A DNA stretch of 64,000 nt from Chiloscyllium plagiosum (lineage: Eukaryota), in the NCBI RefSeq assembly GCF_004010195.1, contig NC_057758.1, forward strand, positions 1,672,490 through 1,736,489, in the 5' to 3' direction. A model generated the notes under the pieces. That model was not told where the DNA came from, searched no databases, and saw nothing but the letters and a program-made list of their open reading frames with translations. The number at the start of each line of letters is the position of its first letter. Position 1 is the first letter of the stretch. Shown here in pieces: positions 12,768-24,158 of the stretch. Made by a program: the position numbers and the translations under genes.

Positions 12768-14870
12768 CATAGAACATGGAACACAGATCAGTACGGCACA
12801 ATACAGGCCCTTCGGCCCGCGATGTTATGGTGAACTTTAATCCTACTCTAATATTAAACTAACAGACATACCATACATTTTATTATCACCCATAGGCCTA
12901 TCCCAGAGTCTCTTAAATGTCCCTAATGTATCTGACTCCACTAACATTCCTAGCAGAGAATTCAGTGCACCCAAAACTCTCGGCATAAAGAAGGTACCTC
13001 TGTTATTTCCCTGATACCTTCGTCCAATCACCTTAAAATGATGCCTCCTCGTGATAGCCATTTCCAGCCTGAGAAGAAGTCACCCTTGTTATCTACTCTA
13101 CCTCTGCCTCTCATTATCCTGTGCACTTCTATCTATTCACCTCTCATCCTTCTTTTCTCCTATGAGAAATGCACATTTGCCTCAAGTGTACTTCATAAGA
13201 CTTGCCCTCTAGTCCAGGCAGCATCCCAGGAAATCTGCACCCTTTCTAATGCTTCCACTTCCTCTCTAAGACGAGTCACCCGAACTCAACAAAATGCTCC
13301 AACAGTGGTCCAACCAGGGTTCTTTGGGACTGCAGGATAACCTCGTGTCTCTTATGAAAGCCAACACACCGTACACGTTCTTAACAAACCCATCACGTGG
13401 GACGGCAACTTTGAGGGAACACTGAACGTGGAACCCAAGACCCCTCTGTTCCTCCACACTGCCAAAACTCTTGCCTTTATCACTGTAACCTGTATTCAAA
13501 TTCAAACTTCCAAACTGAATCTCTTCACGCTTTTCCATTTTGTGCTCCATCTGCCCTTTCTTAGCACAGTTCTGCATCATGTCAATATAATTTTGCAACC
13601 GATAACAACCCTCCACGGTGTCCATAATTCCACCAACCTTTGGGTTATCGGCAAACCTACTAACCCACCCTTCCACTTCCTCATCCAAATCATTTATTAA
13701 AATCACAAAAAGCAGAGATACCAAAACCGACCCCTGGGGAACAAGACTAACCACCAAGCTGTAGTTTGAATACTTTACATCAATTACCACCTTCTATGGG
13801 TCAGCCGAATCTGCATTCAGACAGACTAATTACCCTGTATCCCGTGCGTCCTTAATTTGTGAATGAGTCCACCATTGGGAACGGTAACACACAGATTGCG
13901 AAATAAACTTGTAAAATAATGAGGGGCAGAGATAAGACAGGGACAATTTTTTTTTCCCAGGTGTGAGGGAGTCCAGAACGGGAGGGCATAGGTTTAGGGA
14001 GAAAGGGGAATTATACAAATGGATCTAAGGGGCAAATGTTTAAAACAGAGGGTGGTGTGTGTATGGAATGAGCTACCAAATGAGTTGGTCGAGGCTGGTA
14101 CAATCGCTGCATTAAAAAAGCATCTGGATGGGTATGTGAAAGGAAAAGATTTAAGAGATATGGGACATGTGCTGGCGATTTGCACTAGATTACGTTAGAA
14201 TATCTGATCGGCATGGCCTCTTTTCCCGTGCTGTGCATATCTGTGACTATCGACACAACGTCCATTGCTCTACCGTCATCAATGTGTTTATTCAAATCGT
14301 TCAAGAGTTGAATAAGGTTTGTGAAAGCCATAAAGCCATGCTGACTATCTCTAATCAAGCTGCAGTTTTCCAAGTAATCATATATCTTGTCTCTCAGAAT
14401 CCTCTCTCATACTTTGCCGACCACTGACATAAGACTGAGTAACCTGTAATTCCTAGGATTATCCTTGTTCCCTTGAAGAAAGGAATAACATTTGCCACCC
14501 TGCAAACATCAGGCACGAGTCCAGTTGACAGTGAGGACGCAAAGACGCAGCAATCTCTTCCCTCACTTCTCGTAGTAAATTTTGTATAACCCATCTGACC
14601 CAGGGGACAAATCTATTCTTAGACTTTTCAAATTTTTCAGCAAATCCTCCTTCTTAACATTAATCTGTTTGAGCATTTAAGTCAGTTTCACGCTGTCCTC
14701 AGAATTGTCAAGGAACCTCTCAGTAGTGTATACGAAAGCAAAATATTCATTTAGGTCCTCCCCTACGTCCTCCAACTCTAGGCGCAATTTCCCTCCACTA
14801 TTCTTGATCAGCCCAACCCTCACTCTGGCCAACCTCTAGTTCCTCACGTAAGTGTAGAATGCCTTAGTGT
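12768..14870 (-). mobile_element. CR1 LINE ORF2 3' part, with a plus-strand CR1 3' fragment nested at about 13900-14250
   Basis: VPQGSVLVSLLFVILINDLDEEVEGWVSRFADNPKVGG; IRDSQHGF; tail atagaacat at 12768. Confidence 0.88.
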
Positions 14871-15466
14871 TTGAGTATTTTCCTCGAATGTGTTTAGCAA
14901 AGATTTGGATGTAGATGAATTTGTAATGATTTCAGAATCCATACCTATGTTTACAAGGGGGATCATAACTAAACCTGCGATTATGATTTCAACAGATGAA
15001 TTGAACAATTATAGAGAGATTCGGTATTTAAATGTGGAGTGAAATGATATTTTCTATTACTTCGACATAAGCAGCTTTAACGGCATATTCTATCACAGTT
15101 CTGTTACCCTTTGTCCACAGTGCTATTAAGGAAACGTTTTCCCAAGCCAACACTCTCAGCCATATCCTGCTGCCTTAGCAATGGGCATCCGTCAATCATT
15201 TCGTTCTGCCTAGTTAAGGGCAGCCCCAATAGTGAGAGATGTGGAGGCATGTAATTCAATAGTAGCATTGCCAGAAAAGGCGAAAAGAGCAAAGTTCCAT
15301 TATCAAAAATGTGGTTTGAGAGTCCCTCAAAAAATGGGCAATTGTTGTTAAGACTGATAAAGAATTTCTTCATTCTGGCTTACGGTTTAACTTTGATAGT
15401 GACGTAGCATAGGCGGGAGCGATGCCTATGGTGCTTGTAAAATCAGTATAACATCAGGAAGCTGAG

Positions 15467-15870
15467 GTGTTTCAGGAAGTATGTTCTGGGATTTTTCTTG
15501 AATATCTATTAACAGATTCTCCGAAACACATGTGGATACAGGAGGAGGAACCAAAGAATAATGGAAAGGAATTTAATTTTCATTTATCAGAAAGTATGTT
15601 TGATCAAATAGTTAAGAAGGAAAACAAAGAACAGGTGAACAAGAAAGTGGGCATTTTTATTTCACAGAAATTGGCTAATCGCAAATGTGAGATCAAAGAA
15701 TTTAGCAGTTTTATCAAGCAACATTAGCAGAAGAAGAAACTGAGCGCATGTCAGAATGTTATTCTCGTAAAAAATGAAGTCTTGTTGAGGAAATGGAGAT
15801 AATCACTTGTTCAGGTGGATGGAAAGCAGGGAGAAGTTCATCAAGTTTAATTACCAGTGGTTTTTTTAAA
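15467..15870 (+). mobile_element. Gmr1-type Gypsy pol fragment (protease-integrase linker)
   Basis: SGIFLEYLLTDS, LSESMFDQIV, NEVLLRKWR, EVHQV align with RMFPDYAVTR and RILTRKWR..EEHQIV of the element at 24570-24950. Confidence 0.7.
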
Positions 15871-16214
15871 TATGCGTTACACGTCCCTGGCGCTATAAGA
15901 AAGAACACAGAAGAAAACGTAGAGGAAAACATTACGTCTGAATGGACTTTTACACTCAACTCCAATAGAATAGCATACACAAATCTCGACAGCTGATCTG
16001 TCAAGTTCAATTGTGCGTATCCACAAAAGAGATGGATGTTTGCCATAAAATCTTTTATTGGAGTGAGGTATTTCCCTTGATACATTGGCACAATTGATTC
16101 AGATCATGTCTTTGATCAAGAAAGAAATGATTGCAAAATGCTATTACATTTAAACGAGTCCTCCAGCAATTGAATTAAATCCTAAATTAGCACAAGATGC
16201 GATGTCTATGGACT

Positions 16215-16300
16215 ATCATAGAGAGGAGCAGAATTTAGGCCATTCGACCAATCGAGTCTGCTCTGCTATTCAATCATGGCTGATAGTTTTTTTTAATCAC
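16215..16300 (-). mobile_element. CR1 3' tail fragment
   Basis: catagagaggagcagaatttaggccattcgacc..gagtctgctctgctattcaatcatggctgat. Confidence 0.6.
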
Positions 16301-17346
16301 CGTTTTTCACTTTCTTCAGTTAGTTTTGAGTACAGAAGAGTGAAGTGAAGTGTAAAGTGAAATGAGGCTGAAGAACAGCTTAAAGTAAGCAAAACGTCCT
16401 GAGATGAGAAGGGTGGAAGGAACTAAAGACACAGCTTTGCTGGTGAAACACGTCAGTGTGCGGAAGAGAAGGACAAAAGTGGGGGAGAGAAATGAGACCA
16501 AACCACAAACAACAAAGTGTTACACGAAGTTTGTCTGGGCAGGAAACACTGCAGGTTTATTTCAAAAGAACGAGGCATGAGGTTACCAAAATACGCTGGT
16601 AAGAGATAAGAATTGAAGGCTTTGCAAGCATTGAAAGATAGTTTCAATCAATAAAATTAGAATGATTTGGAAGAATGCTGTCACTGGAGAAAACATGATA
16701 ATTGTCTTTTTTTTGCAGAAAGCATTCTTAAGAAATGAATTTTAGCATAAATAAGACGGAGGCAGGGACAGAAACTATTATATTCTGGAGGTCGAATGGT
16801 TTATTTATCATGTGGAGATTTCATGAAAGACATGCGTCCAACACTGCGGCATGCAGGATTTCAAAGTAATTCTTTGAAATGACGAGGCAATGTCCATATG
16901 TACGGTAGAATTAGCGGGTTCAAAACGAAGTTTGTAGTATTATTAAAAACTTGCAGCTGTATTCACAGCAGACTTAAATGGAGGAAGGTCTGTCACTTCC
17001 AGTTTTAAGCATCAAACAAGCTCTTACAAAGTAAAACATCTTCGGTACTATGTACAATCTAATTCTCCAGTTATGTGGAGTATTTGCCTATTCCTACAAC
17101 TTGTTACTGAAAGCTACTTTCAGGATGTAAATAAGTATTGTGGGGTTTTAAATTATCCACCGTTAGAAGAATCTCAATATGAAGGAGGGAGAGTATAAAC
17201 ACACATGAATATAAGCAATTGTTGGATTTCTCTGTCCATTAACTATCATTGGAAAATATCACAGAAGAAAGCATATAAAAAGAAATCAGCAGGTCTGACA
17301 CCACCTGTGGGAAGAAGATAGCCTGATGAGTCCTTCATCCCAAATG

Positions 17347-17470
17347 TTCTGATGAAGGGTGTTCAGTCTCAACACTTTAACTCTGCTTTCGTCCAACAGA
17401 TGACATCTGCTTTACTGTGTTTTCAGCAATTCTTGTTTTGTTACTGATTTCCACGATCTGGAGTTGTTTG
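17347..17470 (+). mobile_element. PLE pseudo-LTR fragment (family C) with decayed hammerhead core
   Basis: gtt-CTGATGA-agggtg...ttaactctgctttc..cagatg. Confidence 0.6.
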
Positions 17471-17639
17471 TTTTCTTTTAGAATCTCATTCAACTGAGCA
17501 TTAGAGGAGAGATATTTGAGGTGTGTCGTGCATGATGAACTTGAACACTTGCAATGACCTATTAGAGACTGGATATGAAACATTGATTTTGATCATGTTC
17601 ATGTACATCGGCACTACAGGATGAAATATGAAAGGGAGA

Positions 17640-18471
17640 CTGAGTAGTACGATTACAAACACATGTTGTTTAATTCTTATTTAAGAAATTTTGAAATGTT
17701 TTTATATGTATATCTCACGCCATTCTGAGCAATAAACACTGTATCACTCAGAGTTTTGCCAGTATGATTATAATTTCTAACTGACCAGTTTAAGGAAAGC
17801 GCCACATATGCTATCCTCAGTCGCATCAGGTCGGAGGACAAAGAAAAGAGTAAAATTTCTTTCGATTCTTCATTTAAGGGGACAGATCATTTTTCTTTAT
17901 TTCATGATGACGGACGCCCCTCCGGATTAGGGTGGCTGCTAGAACGTTTCTAACATTGAATGGAAAAATATAAACTATTGGAAACAGAGGCATGAGGACT
18001 CTGTCAATTCACTGAGACACTACTTGAAAGACTGAACTGAAATAGTGTGGTGTCCAGCTTGCAAAATCATGGAACATTGTCAATGATTGTTGAAGGAGCA
18101 ACAATAAAGTATAACGTAAAGAATCTCAAACAACCAACAGTGCTACAGTTATAATCACCACTATTGCTGCTTTATGTCTGCACTATTTATTCAAACTTTT
18201 GGCAACAGACGGCTATAAATCGGCCAGAAATGAAAGCGACTATGAATCAGATAGAACAATCGAGAGCTGCAAGAGACAAGCATGACTCTTAGTGAACACA
18301 CAGAAGTAATGAACGCACAAGGTATTACAAAATGAATGTTATATAATCGATTGAGTTCAGCATCAGAAATGATGAGCACTGGATCCGCTGTTGACATTGC
18401 CATTAGATACTGGATAATACAGACCCAGAACTCGCATTTCCCTCGTTTCAGGACTACAACCGTTACGTTAA
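17640..18471 (-). pseudogene. GPR139/GPR142-like GPCR pseudogene (exon 2 relic)
   Basis: Acceptor ttcctcaAG then (V)NVTVVVLKRGKCEFWVCIIQYLMAMSTAD; AALDCSI*FIVAFISGRFIAVCCQKF; IIDNVP*FC; IDRVLMPLFP..NVRNVLAATLIRRG..P*MKNRKK. Collinear with 42479-43340; many stops and frameshifts. Confidence 0.85.
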
Positions 18472-20089
18472 CTTGAGGAAATTGAATTAAAGTTCAACGA
18501 ATGCTTGGCAAAACGTATTGTCTCAATGCTCATCGCATTTAAAAAGTGGGCTTCTCAGTACTTAAGTTGAAATATGTATTGCCCTCGCCCAGTACAACAC
18601 AATATATCATATACTTTGGAAAGGCAATAAAATAAAGAGATCATAAACTGAATGGATTATAAAAAACATAAATAAATCGAACAATTAAAGCAATATCTAT
18701 ACATGTGCAATAAATTAGAACATTTTTAATATGGGATGTTGTCACTGCATAACTGACAAGAACCGCTTTTTTACTATTCTTAACTGATATTATTAAATTA
18801 ATTAAAATGCAAATATTTGTGCAGTGCATACTGGCAACACTGTGATAATTGAAAAGCTGACGTTGTCACAAAACTGACTTGGAACGTTCTTAAGGGAATG
18901 TTTCTTGTGACTTCGCCCTTCTCAGATAGGGTCTTCGATTGATATCCTCGAATTCAGAAGAGTGAACTTCAGTTTTCTTGGATATTGAATGGTCTTTACA
19001 GTTAGCAAAATTTAAGAGGACATCAGACAAGGCAAATGAGTTGCATTGAATGAACTGTATTGATGCTTTGGTGTAACAGCAGTAGATTTTAGATAGAAAA
19101 ATAGTAACGCTGCAAAACAGAATCAAACGGAGGCTACTTCTTTAAAATCGAGGTTGAGAATTAGCTGTGATTGCAAAGCAGTTATTTCAACAAGTAACTA
19201 TTGGTCTATATTACATTACTTGCATTTGTCATTTGATCTGTTCTGCTTTCAACTCAGTCGTTCCTTCCTCAGCTTTTTATTTGCTTTCCTATTTATTTGC
19301 CGGAAGAATTCTAGAAGGCAGTTGCCGTTTGGGAAGGATCAATGATTTGGAAAGTGAAGGTGCATAAGAGCCAATGCAATGTTAATATATAAAAGGGACA
19401 TCTTTTCATCTTTGGTTATTTTATTGGATAATACTATGACAAAATAACAATTTGATAAACTGAGTCCATTTAATTGAACCTGAAAGAGTATTCGTTAAAC
19501 CATCATCTGTGTGAAAAAGCTCATATGCTTGGCTGCAGCCAGATGATGAATTAACATGCTAAATTCAACACAACCAATTATTATATTGCAAAGTAACCTC
19601 TAGAGAAGCTATTAGCCTCTTCCTTAATGAATAATGTCATCCATATTTCAGAAACGGTGATGTGAAGCTTGTTTATAATTAAGGTACAACTATCTAATTT
19701 AATCTAATTTAAGCAAATTTGCAAAATGCGTCACAGTAACAACATTTTAAATTTTGTTAGAGAAGGAGAGAGGTGGAAATAATGATTCCTACCATGAAAT
19801 TATTGACAATGATACATTTTATAAGAATTCTGTGCTTCATTTTATTGGGGGCATATTGAAGAAAGCAATTTCAGCAGCCAGGGAATCCCTGTCGGCAGCA
19901 GCTTTGTTTGAATTTCCCATAAGGCTTAAACTGAGAATGGATAATTTGTTGATGATTGGGCATTTTTGCAAATGTCACCAGCTCTGGTCTACTGTTACAG
20001 CTTGATGACTGTTCGGTGGAAGTCACAATGAGAGTTTGCAGTTGAACAGATACGATTCTGTCTAACATTTTAGGCATCGAGTCAAATAA

Positions 20090-20804
20090 TCCCAAACAGT
20101 CTGTGCCTCGTCCCGTAATGTCTTTAAATCTGAGTGAGAGAGAACTCTGAAATTGCTCTATTGAAAGAAAATAATATGAATTTATTCCTTTACTTAAAAA
20201 GTGAACATCAAACAAAAACTATTCAGACGTCTCAGGCCCCTTTTCTCTTAATTCGTTTTTATCTAATTTCCAACTCGCTAACAATGTGTTTTTCCAATAA
20301 AAATTATATTAACTTAATTTCAAAAGTAAAAAGCGGTTGTCGTCGTCGGTATCTTTCTTCTTCCAGCTGAGGATCCCCTAGGTTATCTTCTTTCTTTTTC
20401 CTGTGATGATGTTTTATACGGAAAGGTACCTCTGATAGAAAGCATTTCAAATAGCAGCTGCTTTCTAGATAGTAGTTACTCTGACTGAATTTCAAACTGC
20501 CTTCTTTTTTAATATCCCCGATGTTGGATTGTCTCATTGGTTCAAAGGTTGCGAAAACAATAATTTCCAACTCGATTGGGTTTAATTATCCTGGGCGTAA
20601 ATTAAACTGATTAGTAAAACTCGAATTGCTGTCAAAACAGTAACCAATTCAGGCGTCGATTTCACAACGAAATATTATATGTTTTCATTTTTCTGGTACA
20701 CTAGGAGACAGGAGGAGTCAAAAGATTGGATCTTGTAAGCTCTCAGTTCAGAACAGTCTTCAATCTCTCTTAAAGCTGCAGTACACATTCTCAACTTCAT
20801 AACA
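20090..20804 (-). repeat. 3' LTR of the Gmr1-type element
   Basis: Begins TGTTATG at 20804 after a purine-rich tract (caggaagaga); homologous to 26736-26970 plus 28468-28902; left boundary uncertain. Confidence 0.7.
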
Positions 20805-22330
20805 TCTCTTCCTGAAGAAAAAAAACAACGTAATGGAAAGATGGTTTCATCTTTTCTCATGTTTAATCACATTACAATGAGATACATAGAATAGCAATCT
20901 ATGTTCATGTTAATTTCGGCACGCTTATATACATAACATTGACATTTGTTCAATTTTATCTATACTTAACCAATTAAATCCGGGATAACGCATCTGCTGT
21001 CACATTTTTAATCCCCCCAACATGTAGAATTTATAAATTGGAAGTCAGTAATATAAACCGCCGACCAAGTAATCTTATATTCTCGTCTTTAAATCGTTCC
21101 AAGAACGTAGGAAGATTGTGCTTCGTTCACACAACTATCTCTGACAGTTTATTCTTCACATCAAGCATTAAAAGATTTTAAGGCCAGTACCAAACTGGAT
21201 GGTCCAGTCCTTTCTCGGTTGAGTGTTGAGTTCCGTTGAATAGTAATAAATTGACCATTCAATGGCATCATCATCATCTTCCTGGAGGAGAACTGTTCCA
21301 AATCTGATGTCGCTAAAATCAATTGCGACTTTGAACAGTTTCAAAAATTTGGGTAGCTGAAACTGGTACTACGTTGAATATTGCCTTTACCATCTCAAAT
21401 GCCTGCTAGCATTGTTTTGTCCACCGAAACTTTGTGTTCTTCTTCAGTAAATCTATAAGCCGTGCCACCACACTGCTGAAATTTGTAATAAACTACTGGT
21501 ACAATCCGCTTAGTTCCAAAAATGGAAGTACCTCTTCTTTTTGAGGGTGGACCTAGTAATTCCTTAATGGCATTCGACTTCACGTTCCTTGGAGTCAGCC
21601 TTCCATGACTAATGCGTTTTTCATTCCAAAAGGCATCAATTTGAATTGATATAGGCCGTTTTGGCTTACAAATGCAGAAACCTTTTCTGCTTTCTCTGAT
21701 AAAGGTACGTGCCAATGACCATGCAATGATCCAACTTTGCGTCGTAACTGGCTTGTCCAACTTTCTGTATGCATTCTTCCAATTTTGGTATTGTGTATGA
21801 GTCTGATTTTGGTACTGCGTCGATCTTCTGGTTATCCACACAAAAGCATTAAGTCCCACCAGGTTTGGGAGCTAAAATGACCGGCGAGCTCCACTCACTC
21901 TGACATGCTTTGATTAAAATTCTGTGAGCATCGCATTCACTTTCTTCTGCACCTGCTTGCCTTGAATGGATTAGTTTTGTCGGGGTGTTGTTTTATCGTA
22001 ACAACATTCCTTACTTCATCATGCACAACAGAATGAGTTGTCCCCATCATTTTAATGCATACGTCCTCATATTGTTGCAATAAACCTTTCAGCTAAGTCT
22101 TTCGCACCTGAGGCAGGTAGTTCACTACCCTATCCCACTCCTCAATGGCTTTCTCATTGTTGCACACATTTTGAGGTACATCAAACTCAACGACACCTGG
22201 ACCTGATTTATCACTCTCCAAGGCAGTAAGTAACACTTGTTTCCCCAGTGCCCTGCCTCTTTTATAATTTCAACATATTCACACGACATTCCCAATAAAA
22301 TATTTTCCTATCTGACACTTTTAACAGATA

Positions 22331-22757
22331 CTGAAAATGTGTTGCTGGAAAAGCGCAGCAGGTCAGGTAGCATCTAGGGAACAGGAGAATCGACGTTTTG
22401 GGCATAAGCCCTTCTTCAGGGCCCCAAAGGAAACTTCCATATCCGCCACAAATTCACCTGCACCTCCACACACATCATATATTGCATCCTCTGCACCCGA
22501 TGTGGCCTCCTCTATATTGGGGAGACAGGCCGCCTACTTGCGGAGCATTTCAGAGAACACCTTTGTGACACCCGGACCAACCAACCCAACCACCCTGTGG
22601 TTCAACACTTCAACTCCCCCTCCCACTCCACCAAGGATATGCAGGTCTTTGGACTCCTCCATCGCCAGACCACAACAACACGACGGTTGGAGGAAGAGCG
22701 CCTCATCTCCCGCCTAGGAACCCTCCAACCACAAGGGATGAACACGGATTTCACCAG
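22331..22757 (+). mobile_element. PLE 3' fragment: inverted pseudo-LTR followed by GIY-YIG endonuclease
   Basis: FTCTSTHIIYCILCTRCGLLYIGETGRLLAEHFREH...VQHFNSPSH...LGTLQPQGMN; 22331-22420 is the family-A pseudo-LTR in reverse. Confidence 0.92.
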
Positions 22758-23660
22758 NNNNNNNNNNNNNNNNNNNNNNNNNNNNNNNNNNNNNNNNNNN
22801 NNNNNNNNNNNNNNNNNNNNNNNNNNNNNNNNNNNNNNNNNNNNNNNNNNNNNNNNNNNNNNNNNNNNNNNNNNNNNNNNNNNNNNNNNNNNNNNNNNNN
22901 NNNNNNNNNNNNNNNNNNNNNNNNNNNNNNNNNNNNNNNNNNNNNNNNNNNNNNNNNNNNNNNNNNNNNNNNNNNNNNNNNNNNNNNNNNNNNNNNNNNN
23001 NNNNNNNNNNNNNNNNNNNNNNNNNNNNNNNNNNNNNNNNNNNNNNNNNNNNNNNNNNNNNNNNNNNNNNNNNNNNNNNNNNNNNNNNNNNNNNNNNNNN
23101 NNNNNNNNNNNNNNNNNNNNNNNNNNNNNNNNNNNNNNNNNNNNNNNNNNNNNNNNNNNNNNNNNNNNNNNNNNNNNNNNNNNNNNNNNNNNNNNNNNNN
23201 NNNNNNNNNNNNNNNNNNNNNNNNNNNNNNNNNNNNNNNNNNNNNNNNNNNNNNNNNNNNNNNNNNNNNNNNNNNNNNNNNNNNNNNNNNNNNNNNNNNN
23301 NNNNNNNNNNNNNNNNNNNNNNNNNNNNNNNNNNNNNNNNNNNNNNNNNNNNNNNNNNNNNNNNNNNNNNNNNNNNNNNNNNNNNNNNNNNNNNNNNNNN
23401 NNNNNNNNNNNNNNNNNNNNNNNNNNNNNNNNNNNNNNNNNNNNNNNNNNNNNNNNNNNNNNNNNNNNNNNNNNNNNNNNNNNNNNNNNNNNNNNNNNNN
23501 NNNNNNNNNNNNNNNNNNNNNNNNNNNNNNNNNNNNNNNNNNNNNNNNNNNNNNNNNNNNNNNNNNNNNNNNNNNNNNNNNNNNNNNNNNNNNNNNNNNN
23601 NNNNNNNNNNNNNNNNNNNNNNNNNNNNNNNNNNNNNNNNNNNNNNNNNNNNNNNNNNNN
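22758..23660. other. Assembly gap (N run)
   Basis: Run of N. Confidence 1.
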
Positions 23661-24158
23661 AGGGCGGTGCTGAATCCGGGGGTTGGGACTGAGATAAGGT
23701 GAGGGGAGGGGAAATGAGGAAGCTGGAGAAATCTACATTCATCGCGTGTGGTTGGAGGGTTCCTAGGCAGAAGATAAGGCGCTCATCCTCCAGGCGTTGT
23801 GTGGCCAGGGTCTGGCGATAGAGGAGGCCAAGGACCTGCATGTCCTTGCCGGAGTGGGAAGGGGAGTTAAAGTGTTCAGCCACGTGGCGGTTGGGTTGGT
23901 TGGTGCGGGTGTACCAGAAGTGTTCCCTGAAACGTTCTGCCAGCATTTCCCAGAGGTGTTCCCTGAAACGTTCCGCAAGTACTTCCCAGAAGTGTTCCCT
24001 TGAAACGTTGCGCAAGTATTTTCCAGAGGTGTTCCCTGAAACGTTCCGCAAGCATTTCCCAGAGGTGTTCCCTGAAACGTTCCGCAAGTACTTCCCAGAA
24101 GGGCCCCTGAAACGTTCCGCAAGTATTTTTCAGAGGTGTTCCTGAAACGTTCCGCAGG
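23661..24158 (-). mobile_element. PLE 3' fragment (GIY-YIG C-terminal half)
   Basis: LAERFREHFWYTRTNQPNRHVAEHFNSPSH...LGTLQPHAMNVDF. Confidence 0.9.
23914..24158. repeat. Minisatellite, about 7 x 36 bp
   Basis: Unit ccagaggtgttccctgaaacgttccgcaagtacttc repeated head-to-tail without spacers. Confidence 0.95.

Noticed and set aside
18825..18900. Candidate exon 1 of the minus-strand GPCR pseudogene (..IITVLP|gtatgc)
   Set aside because: Wrong intron phase and no YP motif or clear ATG
20998..21020. TGTGACA next to a G-run as LTR start and PPT
   Set aside because: It lies in frame within the end of pol (HVGGIKNVTADALSRI*); the better boundary is TGTTATG at 20804
23914..24158. 36-bp repeats resembling a CRISPR array
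   Set aside because: No spacers, units are head-to-tail, derived from PLE coding sequence, vertebrate context, no cas genes
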